Shown here piece after piece: positions 51,701 to 64,000 of a stretch of DNA of 64,000 bases. The notes beneath the pieces were generated by a model, which saw only the letters and a program-made list of their open reading frames with translations, was not told the origin of the DNA and ran no database searches. The stretch is from Antedon mediterranea (Eukaryota > Animalia > Echinodermata), in NCBI RefSeq assembly GCF_964355755.1, contig NC_092673.1, forward strand, positions 33,663,648 to 33,727,647, written 5' to 3'. The number at the start of each line of letters is the position of its first letter. Positions within the stretch are counted from its first letter, which is position 1. Both the position numbers and the translations under genes were made by a program.

Positions 51701-54700
51701 CTGTACAAAGGCTTCTTTTATTTTTGCATTTTATACCTGTGGGCCTTGTAATCCTTGTACTCCTCTGGGACCTTTGCGACCAGGCCTACCTGCTACTGTT
51801 GTACCCATCAAGCCTTTCTCACCCTTTGTCCCTTGTGGTCCCTACAAATAAAAATAACATTATATAATGTATAAAGATAGAAATAATGAAAAAAAAGAAG
51901 ATAAATCATGTGAAAATAAAGATATTGAATTGTACTGTCATAAATAATAATACAATTAAATTGATAGTGGTTTCAAGTCATAAGAAAAAATAAATAATTA
52001 TAACAAACTCTGTGATGAAGCAATTGGTTAGTATCGAATCTTTTATTGTATAGATCAAATTACTTTTTATTTATTGACCAATGATAGGTATTGTTAGGTT
52101 GTTGAATATTTTTTCCTGAAATTCTCTTCAATTGAGCTTAAAATTATTATGATAAACTCAAACAGATCTTTTAAATAAATGTTATCACCAGACTGACGTA
52201 TGTCGCGAATGAAATCTATACCCTGTATACTATTTATATCAACAACTACGATGGCAATATACTTACAAGATTTCCAACTTCACCAACACTTCCTTTCACT
52301 CCTTTGACACCCTTAATGCCTTTAATTCCTTGACTTCCAATTTCTCCCTTAGGTCCACTTGGCCCAGATCTCCCCTTTGATGACAAATAATATATATTGT
52401 AAAGCTCTGTCTACATTATTCAATTCAATTAAATTTAACTTAACATTTATTTCTTCCTTCAAGAAAATGAGGTAAACATAACAAATTCCAGTAAAATATA
52501 TAACAAGTCAATTGATGATAAAAAAAAAGTATACAGATATCAATAAAAGGAAGTAGGCAGTGCCCAAGAAGATACAAATCTTGTGGCGGGCGTACATATT
52601 AAAGTAGTTAGTTTCAGCTGACAAAAAGAAGAAGACATTTTTTTTTAATCTGCCTCCTAATATTCAAGAAGGTGATATTTGATCTGATTTATTTGCTTAA
52701 AAACATGAATAAAATTAAAAACGAAACTATTTGAATCAGGATAACCAAAGAAAGTTTTAAATAAATATAAAACTTATTTCCATTTGGGTTCTACTCTTCT
52801 AAATGTTTAATTAGAAATTACCTGACGTCCTGATTGGCCTACTTCTCCAGATTCTCCTTGTACTCCTTTCAAGCCATCTACACCGATGCCTCCTTTATCA
52901 CCAATTTGTCCTTTTAGACCATTTTCACCCTAAAAAATCAAAATAAATTGTAGTAATTAAATAAGTAGTAATTCAATAAACCTTTAAATCATTTTAAATA
53001 TAAAGTTTATAAAATCTGTGTATTTTTATAGCACATGTATACAATAATTAGGTGTAAAGGTTCATAAGTGTTTTTATAGCTTATGATAACTTACAGTTAT
53101 TCCAAAGTCTCCGGTCAAACCAGGTTCTCCATTAATTCCTTTCTCACCCTAAATAAGGACAAAAACACATGAATGTTTAGAATAATTTTTATTTATCAAT
53201 AGCATCATAATCATTCTTATCTTTATCACTATCATCATTTTAATTTTCTGTGACCTCATTCAATCGGAATTAACATCAACGACACAACAAAAAAGAATTA
53301 TCTTAAATACAAATGGGTTACATCTGCCATTTATTTTGACTTTTTATGTTCTATGTACGAGATCACATGCTCACAATCTTTTCAATAATTTCATTGATTA
53401 ATATGTGAAAAAAACACTTTTACCTGTAAGCCTGTGTTGCCTTGCACACCCACATCTCCTTTATCTCCATTAGGTCCCTAAAAACAAATCATAAAATCCA
53501 ACTACTATTACATTAGAACCCTTATTAATTGTAGTGAGTGGAACCGTAATTACGTAGCCATAACATCGGCAGGGGTTCGAGGCTCACTCACTCCATGGTT
53601 CTGGTGGTAGAACGAGTCTTCTCGGATAAGGACTATAAACCGTAGGTCCAGTGTACACATCTAGCTCGTGTGCACTTTAAAGAACCTAGTACATCTTTCG
53701 AGACGAGTAGGGGGTTACCCCGATGTATTAGTACATCACAGCCACTGTAGTGAGTGGAACCGTAATTACGTAGCCATAACATCGGCAGGGGTTCGAGGCT
53801 CACTCACTCCATGGTTCTGGTGGTAGAACGAGTCTTCTCGGATAAGGACTATAAACCGTAGGTCCAGTGTACACATCTAGCTCGTGTGCACTTTAAAGAA
53901 CCTAGTACATCTTTCGAGACGAGTAGGGGGTTACCCCGATGTATTAGTACATCACAGCCACTGATCACCAACTGGGCCCTCTGGGAGACCAGTCTTTGAC
54001 TGAAGAGGTTACCCAGTATAAATATAAATTTCAATCAATCAAGGGGAGACCTTCAGGACTAAATTTGGTTGTCCCATGAATATGGGTTGGCTGTAGTGTT
54101 AAAACATTTATACATTGCCTCTTGTTTTATGGCAATGTTCCCTTCACATTTTATTATGCATAATATTTGATCTAATTAATTTAATTGGTCACAAAAAATT
54201 GTTTATATGTTTGCAAATAAATTACTGCTTTATTATACTGTGTTGCTCCTATTTTAGCTGTATCTTGCCTTTCCGAGAGAGGGCGTATGTAATTAGGATC
54301 CATGTTATAAGTTTCGCATTGACTACATGTGTTCTAGAGTTTGGCTTCTAAATGTCTTATTGTGCCGAGATAGTGTGTAATTTACTAAACTAGTAGGCCG
54401 CACATTGCTTGTAAGTTGTTAGAGTATTATATTACAATAATTAGAATTATATGAACCACACAGTAGTGGCCTAGATTATTAATGCTATACTACATTGTGG
54501 TCGTAGGCCTATGCCTGCGTAGATTGAATCTTATACGATCGCTCGAACAGCATGGCGATAAACCAGAGTCTCCGTGTTCTATTTTGTATGCCGTATCTCT
54601 ATGGAAGTACGTCCGTATGAGGGCGCCGTTGAATATTTGATGACTTTGTTTAATAATTATGTTCTTTAGGCATGTACACCTCCGTAAGAGGGCGCTACGT

Positions 54701-57700
54701 TTGATCTGTTTTGCAGATAGTTTTATATTTATGTTATGTTTATTACTATTTGGAGCTGGATTTAAGTATGCTTAATTTCAGTTCACCCTGTTTATGGCTG
54801 AATTTGCTGTATTAAAGAGTCAGTCAACAAGTGATTGTGTTGCAGTATTTTTTGTCGTGGATTGGGTTTATCTACTGAATAGCGAGGTTGACGGTTCTAG
54901 CTCGTGAGGTCAGCACAATACAGAAAACTATATAAAATAAAAAAAACTTACAGAATAACCTTTGACACCATCATAACCTTTCTGACCTCTTGGTCCTTGT
55001 ACTCCAATATTACCAACAAAACCTTTGCTACCTTTAATTCCTACCAATCCATTTGGACCTGGTTCTCCTTCGTCGCCTATGCTACCAGATTTCCCAAAAT
55101 TGCCCTTACGACCCTAGTTAATGAAACAAATTAAACATACTTCTTAACATTTTTTTTAATAGAAACTGTTACAAAAAAATGTTTTACATATTTATGTGCA
55201 TTAAAAACTAATTAGTAATGCATGACTAAGCACCAATCAATGTTGTTTGGTGAATCATCCTCCCATATTTTCTGTGTCTCCACAGTAGATTCACTGGGCC
55301 CTGTAAGACCATGGAGGAAAAAATATTTAAATAAAAAAGTTATATTATTTTTTTCCTCCATGGTAAGACTTATTGCTCAAAGATATGTAAAATGGAAATA
55401 ATTTGAGAGATTTTTTTTACCTTATTCGAATGTGTAAATTTGGTGATAATATTTTTAGAAGTTAAATAAATAATTTTCCTTATTAAATCCAACCATTTAT
55501 ACAATGAAATAATCTTAGCTGAGCTCGTAGTTAGAATTTTTGTTGTTGCAAGATATGTTGTAGTTACAGCAAATACCTTGTTGCCTATTGGACCTCTGAT
55601 GCCTTTTTCACCAGATTGACCTTTATCTCCCTTTTCACCAGGAACACCTTGGATTCCTCTCGTACCAGTGTATCCTCTGCCACCCTGTTAAATTATAACA
55701 CATACAACGAAAATTGTGAAAAAACCATAGTGGGTGTATAAAAATGATAAATATAGAGAGAATGATGGTGATGATAGAAAAGAGATTTTACTCACATCAC
55801 GACCTGGTGCTGCAGGTTCCCCCGTACGTCCAGGCTTTCCCTTTTCACCTTTTGCTCCTTTCGGACCAGCAAGACCTCCTGGCCCAGGTGAACCAACAAT
55901 TCCCTGCGAAAATGTTAAAATAGGAAATAAAATTAACTACAATAGACTATCACTATTAAGGAGACCATCAGGACCCCTGAATAGGGGTTGGCTGTAGTGT
56001 TAAAATATCCCCTTATACATTTCATAAGTGTCTGAATAGCATGTTCTACTGTCCATAAAGTATTCATAGAAAAGAAATTGTATCCATTTTAGAGACAACA
56101 ATAGACATTACTATCATTATTATTAATAAGTACTTACCCTGAAACCGCCTCTACCTAGAAGTCCAAATGAACCAGCTAGGCCAGGTGTTCCTGTGTCTCC
56201 TTTGACACCTAGGATACCACTGCTACCCTTGCCACCCTTCTCTCCCTATCATGAAAATAATAGATTAGCTATATTGCTAAAATTACAATATAGTTTAAAC
56301 AAATAGTGATAAAATAGAGTAACAAATGTTCAAGTTCCAAATCATAAGAGAGCTGGAAAATTTCTCAATTTTACATTAATATTAAATTATAGTTTTGTCA
56401 TTAAAAATTGGTACAAATTCATTGTACTCTTTTTATATTACAATTGCTACAATCAAACGTCTAGTATCAACGTACCTCTTCACCTTTAATACCAGAAGCA
56501 CCATCTTCTCCAGGTCGACCAGGGTCTCCCTAAAACCAAATAATAATAATAATAAAACCTATAGCAGGTATGATCATGCCAGAATACATAAACAATAATG
56601 CTGCAACAGAAAAATGTGTGCAGGTTGAACTACATAGCTTCTGACCAATCAGATCACAGATTGCTTTGGACATTTTAGAGCTTCTGTTTCTGTATTAACA
56701 TCATGCAAACTCTATCATATTGGATAATAAACAAATATATATCAAATCGCAATTCATATTATGCAATCATTTTACATACCTTCTCACCTGGGATTCCTGT
56801 AGCTCCTTTTAATCCCTTATCACCCTTTGGACCCTATAAGAATCAGAAACGATTTATATATAAGTATCATAAGTATTCTAGTTGTGTACCAGGCTCTAAT
56901 GTGTGGGGTCTATTTCTGAGAAGTTTCTAGAAGTCATTGAATATAATCCTGTTTTTGACTAAATCGCTCCCTTCAAATATTACACAATAGTGAGTTTTTG
57001 ATTTGAGATGACCGACGGGTCTGATGGGTCGTCAGTTGAAATGGAAAGGTCCCTCATAAGTCATGTACAGTACCAACCTATCTTTCACCAATTATTTTTT
57101 TGAAAATTTAAGTTACCTTTCGACCCTTAGTTCCTTCTTCACCCATGATACCAATCAAGCCAGCTGTGCCATTCCTTCCAGGTGGGCCAGGATCACCTGG
57201 CATTCCAGGTGGTCCTCTTGCTCCATGTGATCCTCTAGAACCAGCATAACCTTTTATTCCCTAATTCAGTGTTAATAATTTAATAATAATAATAATTTAT
57301 AGGCATATAATAACAATATAATTCAGTTATGATTTGTTATTTTTAAAAAATTTATGGCAGTTTTTAGACAAGTCTCTTTGAGATGTCAATAAAGCAACCT
57401 CACCACTAAATAATACCAAAGAAGCATATACACAAGATGCTTGGAGAGTAGTGTAGTGTCATGAGAGAAAAACCCTTGCATCTGACAGGATTTGAACCCA
57501 GGACCCTGGGATCAGTAGCCAAGCATAAAACCACCAAGCTAAAGCTCCACTCCATGAAACAAATGTACATTATAGAAGTACCTATGGAACGCCGTTTACG
57601 CAACATTTCGATGATATGAATTTTATGACGCGATATGTGAATGAAATGCATCGATATGAATTGAATGGCGTGATATATGAATGAAATGTTTTGAATTGAA

Positions 57701-60700
57701 TGCTTTGAATTGAATGTTTTGAATAAAATGTTTTGAATGAAATGTTTTGAACGAAATGTTTTGAATTAAATGTTTTGAATGAAATGCTTGAATTGAATTG
57801 AAAAGTCAAACTATTGGCGGCGTATGTCATTCCCGCTCGCAATTTTGTTTCAACCTCTTAGACCTAAGCCTGGGTACCCTCATCTCCTTTCAACGCTGTC
57901 ATCAATATGAATCCTTTACAGAGAATCCTAACAGACCTGAAACATTGGAATACATATTTCCGAACCCAGGTCTGTTAGGATTCTCTGTAAAGGCAGCGTG
58001 GAAAGTATGACATTTAACAAATGGAAAACCATTTTGTGTCAAGCACAAGATCTCTTGGGGCAGATCATGAGCTTGGGAGAAAGAATTCATTTTACAGTGG
58101 TTTTTATATGTGTCTATAAATCAACTACAGTATGTATAGATATGGCTCTGAGCAGTAGAGGGTAGAAATAACACTTACAGGTAAACCTTTGGTACCATTG
58201 ACACCCTTCAGTCCACGAAGTCCAGGTAAGCCCTACACATTTAATGACACAATAGTATAAACATAACAATACATTCATTTTACTAAATTATTGTCAGAGA
58301 GCTGTGTTTGATATTATAGCATACGGGAGCAAAATGTAATTTAGTTTGTGAGAGATTGAATAAGACAGTCACCATATATTTTAAAATTGCCTTTTTTTCT
58401 CTGTATAAAAAGTGTGAATTTAGTGACACAAATGCAACATTATGTTACCATGTCAAGACTGCTTTTTGTTCATCTATGGATCTCAAATTTCATCCAATTT
58501 CTTAGCAAATAATTACATAAAGGTAAATATGATAAATTTAAATAATAAAGACAAGTTAATTGGTTCTTACCAGTGGACCAGGCCAGCCTGTTCTACCACC
58601 ATCTCCTGGGTCTCCCTTTTTGCCCTAAAAAATTAACATTTATATAATGTTTTATGCCATGCTGACCTAATAAGTTGGTTAAATTTTAGCTCTATAAATT
58701 GTAAATTTCTTTCTGACCTTTTGACCTTTAGTCCCATTGATCGTTGATGGCAATCCTGGCTGGCCTGGTGGACCAATGCTTCCTCTGACACCTTTGTCTC
58801 CTCTTTCTCCAATCACTCCAATAAGTCCAGGAGATCCTTGTTCTCCCCTTTTTCCTGGCATACCGGTTGGACCCTACATTGATTGAAAGAGTGCAAGTTA
58901 TATATATAGTGAATCATTAATTGGAAACAGAAAAACTGAATCTTATTTCTACATTCTATTCGACACAAGGCCAACTGTTTGTCAAGCTTAAAATATTATA
59001 AATCTTTATCACATGATATGTATACCTTCTGACTCTTTTACTTTACCATTTTGTGTTGCTTATTTTTTTTTTTGCATCTTCATTAAGAGCCAGTCACTGA
59101 TAGCCACAGCTAATTTTCAGTAATTTCTTTTTGGATCAACAATTTTAGATACTTTTTATTTTCAGCAGCAAGAGAGAGGCAAGGAGGAACTAAATGCAAC
59201 TAGAAAAAGTGAAGTGGTGCAGTTGTCGTAACAAGAGGGAACAATCCCCTGTGTGGGCCATATGGTCTTGTCAAAGTCTTCTGCTAAAAAAGTGGTCAGG
59301 TCACAAACCTTAGCAACCATACTTGTGGCTTCAGGGCTCTGAGAAATAGGCTATCAATAGAGAAACAAAACAGTCCAAAAAGTTTGACAAAAAAAATGTG
59401 ATATGCCCAAATATGGTAGGGATATCATTTCCATATGGGGTACATCATCATTTCCATGCAGTGACATCACCATTTTTTGTCATATAAAGTTTGATATTGT
59501 AAATACGGTATATAATTTGAATAATCGCTCTTACTGGTATCCCATAGCCTGCATAGCCAGGTTCTCCGTCTAGACCGGGCAGGCCCTAGAAAAACAAAAC
59601 AAAACAAGTTATATTACTTTTATCCCTTTGTCATAAAAAAAAAACCAATTAATATAGCAAAAACTCTTAAGTTAAAACTTGTCTCCAGATAATTGTTTTC
59701 TTTTGGAGAGAAAAATCTGGATCATAATTTTAAATCATATAAATGTTAAAAATTTTGCCAGAATTTTATTGTAAATAATGAATTATTTTTTATAACTTTT
59801 AATTTTTGTCTGCACTTTTTACTGCTCTTATCCTTTTTATGTATTTTAAACTGCAGTTTTATTAACAAAGATTTTCTGATCTTTATTTTTATATGAATTA
59901 GATTAGAAGAAAGGGATTCAGACGATTTATCTGGTATACCAGTGAAATCTAAAGCAGAATCTATAGAATTGCTGATCAGTAAAAAGGGACATAAAAGATG
60001 AATTGAATTGAGATTGTTAGAATTTGAACTACACATTCGTAATAGGAAAAGAATCATAGCCTCTACAATAGGTCAAAAAGTTAGGATTAAAACCATGGCC
60101 AAAAATGGGAAGTTACTGTAATTTGCATAATGCCGTCGGTCTGGTAACAATTAATTGGCTAAAGAAGGATCGTTTGACTAACCCATGATACTTTACTTGT
60201 GATTCTGTGGATTTTGACAAGTGGATATTTACGTATATTGTATCAGACACAAAGGAAAGTTGTGACTTCCTTGATAACTTGAGTCACTTGAGAATTTGTA
60301 TTAATTTCTCAGCCTTTCTTTAAAAAGATACCCATCTCAAAAGATATTGATATTGTTATTAAAAAAATGTATTAATATTCACTTCAGGCACAGATCCAAA
60401 AAACTAACATAAGGCGGAGGAGCATTTGTATGAAATATCTATGCAATAATAACGATATTATTGATAAAAAATCAATCATATGTTATTGTTAGAGAAGAGG
60501 AAATATATTAGAAGACGAGCTAAGGATGTACCCCATTCCCTTCTGAATCTACCCTAGTTTCATTGATTTTTTTTTTCATTGTTTTCTTGAAATCCTTAAA
60601 AATCTTTTTATTTATATAGCTCTAAACATACATTGTCTGTTGATGAAATAGAAACTAATTGTAGTAAACCTACGTACACTTTCACCAGGTTCACCTTTGA

Positions 60701-63700
60701 CTCCTTTTACTCCAGGTCTTCCGGTGTATCCTCTACGACCTGGATGTCCATCAAACCCCTGCTCATTTGATTCACCCTGAGTTTAAAAAAACACAATGAT
60801 AAATAAATGGAATACACATCAGCAGTTTTTATGTGGCATAACTGTGAGTTTAAATCAAAACAATAACATTCTTCTATTTTGTATGAAATTGACTGTTCAA
60901 ACAAATTGATCATAAATTAAAGGTAAGCATCAATAAAGGAAAGCACTGGTCAGCACTGGACGGAGAAAGCTAGCACTGACCGCCACTTGGGTCCAACAGT
61001 ATAAACATTTCATTTTTTTTTAAAGAAAATAAACATACAATTGAAAGGTGCAGTTGTTTGAATTCAGATTCTGTTCACCAAATATATTCAATTTTAGCAA
61101 TTATCAAAAAAAGAAGAAAAGAAATTACACTCCACAAGCAAGCAGCTTAAAAGTACTTTATTGAAACCTCAGACTCTAAAAAAGTGATTTTTTTTTTCAT
61201 ACCTTTTCTCCTGGTGCGCCAGGCACACCCATCATTCCAGGCGGACCATCCATTCCCTAAATGAACATCAAATGAAAGAAATTATTAGTTAAATCTCCCT
61301 TAACCTGGATGCTTTCCCAAATATCTGGTTGTCAGAAACTGTATTCAGAGTATATTAAATGGTACAGTCATGAAGTAAAAAATTCTAGTCTTAGGAATGT
61401 GGATTCAAATTTGGATTCAAATTATAATAAACCACAAGCTTAGAAAACAAATTGCACTTTACATTTTTTTTCTGTATTCAGTAAATTCTATATGTCAGAT
61501 TTTGCAAAGTTAAACCAAAAATATAATAATGTATATAGATTAATATACTTTATACATTAAATTATAATTTAATATTACTCACATTTTCTCCTTTCATACC
61601 ATTTACTCCTTTGATTCCTTTAATTCCAGGGTGTCCAACTAGTCCTACCTTACCTGGGCCACCTGCTGGGCCATTATTACCCTTAAACCCCTATAATTAA
61701 ATCAGAACATCTGTGAAAAGGTACTATAAACTATTAAAGTACTAGAAGAAACAATTTAGATGCCAATCAACCCATCAATCAATAACCAACCAATCATTGA
61801 CTACTACTAAATCAATTAATCACCAATTGATCATTTAACAATAAATCGTGAATTAATGAATCTTTCAATCAATGAATCTATCAATCAATGAATTTATCAA
61901 TAATCAATTACCAATCAATTAATATATCACCAATAAATAATAATAAGTAGGAAGTGTTTTCTGTAAAACTCATTAATCATATCATACAACACAAATGTAA
62001 CAAGACATGTAATGTTGAGGTTATATTACAGAAATTATTCAACTAAAAAAAACATTCAGAAATGTATTTAAAACATTATTTTAACAAAATGTTTACTTAT
62101 GATATATCACAATACTTTCTTCACTTGAGGAGACAATCTTAATGACATATGTGGAAAATACAAAAAGACGTATGTAGTGTTTCTGGTTTTCAGGGAGACC
62201 ATATCAAACAGTTAAATTATTGTTATATCGATGCGTCACATCCAATGCCAAGATTTAATTGTACGATTCATATTTTCTTTCATCACATAAAGATAAAGAC
62301 TGATAGTCATATGTTATTGTATGTTATATATGTATTATTCACCAATACAAAAAGACAAGACGTTGACACAACGCAGAAAGATCATATCAATTCACAATAC
62401 CTTCTCTCCGGGGATTCCTCGTTCGCCACTGATGCTAACATTCCCAGCAGGCCCTATGTCGCCTTGTTCACCCTTCAAGCCTGGTGTACCCACAGTTCCC
62501 TGATAAAATCAAAGATATGAAAACAATTGAATTATTTTATGTTAATGTTAAAGTTCATAGGCTCGAAAAAAATGTATTTTGTTCAACAAAATTGTCAAAT
62601 GTAGTACTTTTTAAAATAAACTTTCTACTACTCTACTTTGATAAACAGGATTTGGCACAATTTAGGGGCAGCTTCTTTACAAAAAATGTAGAATTTTGTG
62701 TAGGGCAAGGAGCAGGTTAGAGCATCTATTCCAGTTGTCTAACGCAGAGGCCTGAGGCCGCTGGATTAGGGACAGTAATGGCCATCATTGAAAGCATCTG
62801 GGTCCTGCTTAGGGGTCCCAATAAGCTGGGCCCTTGGGTTTAGCCAGTCAGTACTCATAGCTGTTACACCACTGACTTCCTTTTCCTTCTACTTAAACTA
62901 AATATTTGTATCACCAAGGTTACTTTGTTGAGAATTGTTTGAATATTACTAAGGATTTTAATAATTCCCTACTTTTGGACCTTTTCCAAATTTGGACATT
63001 CATGACGTTATATTGTTGATACCTTTTCGCCTTTCAATCCAATAGGGCCTTGTTCACCAGATTTTCCTGGAGGACCAGGATCACCAACAAGCCCAAGAGC
63101 ACCTGTCGATCCATTTAAACCCTAAAAGACACAGAGTTTGACACAAAGTTTATTTATACATTATTATCACATATTACGTCAAACACTGTGTTGATCACCT
63201 CCCTTAGGAACATCTATATTTTATTTAACATGACATATTAAAGAAGAAAATGGCAGTTTGCAGCGTCTTCAAGCTTAGAATAAACTACTTTTGATGCCAA
63301 ATCTAAGTCAAAAAATTGACAATAGACTTTTTATCTAAAACTTTAAACAAACATATCTTGCCGTTTAGCTCCACACCAAGTAAAATATATACTGTCTGTG
63401 GAAATAGGTCATACAAATTGCAATTATGCTTATTATCGTGGATTGATTATGAATTATTGAATACTCTTTTTATTTAATCAAATAACAAGGAAATTAATTA
63501 TTAAAATTTAATTAAAAATGAAAAAAAATCTATGTAAAATTCATACATTTTCTGCATCTCGTCCAAATGTGCCATTAACACCTGGAAAACCAATATGACC
63601 CTGCAAAAACAGAAAAATATGAATGCATCAATCATAATATAATTTTACACTTATATAAAATCAATATTTTTTACTGTAATTATATATTATATTTTGACAA

Positions 63701-63989
63701 AATAAATTAAATTGGTACAGTGACATTTTCATTTAAAAAAATGTAATTTTAGTTATTTTGTTTTATAAAAGTATAGTATATACAAAGATGTAACGATACA
63801 CAAGTACATAAAAATATTGTGAAAAATCCACATGATGCGTCGATCTTCAGATTGATACAAACAATTATTATACGAAATTAATTTTTTTACCGGTAGGCCA
63901 TATAAACCTGGTCGTCCAACTCTTCCCTGATCTCCTTTCGAGCCTGTTGCTCCTGGAGGTCCACGTTCTCCTCTTTTTCCCATAGGACC
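43906..63989 (-). CDS. Fibrillar collagen alpha chain, 3' part (probably clade C, COL24/COL27-like); continues beyond the window
   Basis: 30 Gly-X-Y exons, mostly 54/99/108/162 bp, from 63891-63989 down to 48523-48576 (~870 aa). Junction exon 47832-47876 ([15 protein letters not shown]). Linker exons 47516-47590, 46752-46901 and 45829-46002. COLFI exons 45590-45728, 45171-45274, 44751-44881, 44165-44309 and 43906-44049. Confidence 0.95.
46559..46688. mobile_element. MITE, agctctgtctacact family
   Basis: agctctgtacactatcaaa...atagtgtagacagagct; further decayed copies at ~44940-45054 and ~59380-59500. Confidence 0.8.
48205..48472 (+). mobile_element. 5'-truncated L2/CR1-group LINE 3' end
   Basis: Peptide LRSS...[46 protein letters not shown] is typical of the L2-type ORF2 C-terminus. 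It is followed by stem-loop agcgccat...atggcgct and a (gatt)n tail. Confidence 0.88.
48792..48979. mobile_element. MITE with TIR ggctgtattcaccaatcacacttaag
   Basis: gtattcaccaatcatacttaag...cttaagtgtggttggtgaatac; related copies at 44573-44689 and 50929-51064. Confidence 0.75.
53530..54041 (+). mobile_element. Deu/Nin-domain-like tRNA-derived SINE with an identical 216-bp tandem duplication
   Basis: B-box-like ggttcgaggct. Core gtcttctcggataaggactataaaccgtaggtcc...taaagaacc...tcgagacgagtagggggttaccccg resembles the Deu domain as I recall it. (tcaa)n tail. 53530-53745 is repeated exactly at 53746-53961. Confidence 0.75.
54239..54917. mobile_element. Solo LTR (679 bp, Gypsy-like)
   Basis: Termini TGTGTTG...CAGCACA, 4-bp TSD ATAC (54235-54238 and 54918-54921), higher GC/CpG than the host intron, attaaa at ~54811. 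Confidence 0.75.
57406..57554 (-). mobile_element. tRNA-derived SINE (same family as 1028-1256)
   Basis: Minus strand reads tggagtggagctttagcttggtgg...gtcctgggttcaaatcctg. Confidence 0.8.
57655..57802. repeat. Degenerate ~14-bp repeat (aaatgttttgaat)
   Basis: About 8 copies between 57684 and 57800. Confidence 0.8.
57913..57993. repeat. Inverted repeat with ~27-bp arms, probably part of a MITE
   Basis: cctttacagagaatcctaacagacctg ... caggtctgttaggattctctgtaaagg. Confidence 0.8.
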
Positions 63990-64000
63990 CTTTTAAAAGA

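Overview
AT-rich, intron-rich animal DNA, probably an invertebrate deuterostome such as an echinoderm (inference from gene families and repeats). I reconstructed four spliced genes by reading splice sites and phases by hand. (1) A minus-strand BCAR3/SH2D3 (NSP)-family adaptor, ~891 aa, with an extra N-terminal SAM domain. (2) An intron-containing hAT/ZBED-type transposase gene on the plus strand, intact but with the catalytic Glu replaced by Lys, so probably domesticated. (3) A plus-strand p67phox/NOXA1-family gene, ~792 aa, with two complete tandem TPR + activation-domain modules, Pro-rich linker and tail, and no SH3/PB1. This is the most unusual item in the window. (4) The 3' ~20 kb of a minus-strand fibrillar collagen, probably clade C, with eight helix imperfections, in-helix N-glycosylation sequons and a COLFI domain lacking Cys2 and Cys3. 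Non-coding features include a 3.7-kb array of palindromic modules, a 41-bp minisatellite grown from the BCAR3-like stop codon, a 157-bp near-perfect palindrome, a solo LTR with 4-bp TSD, tRNA- and Deu-type SINEs, an L2 LINE 3' end and several MITE families. Family assignments are from remembered motifs, not database searches.
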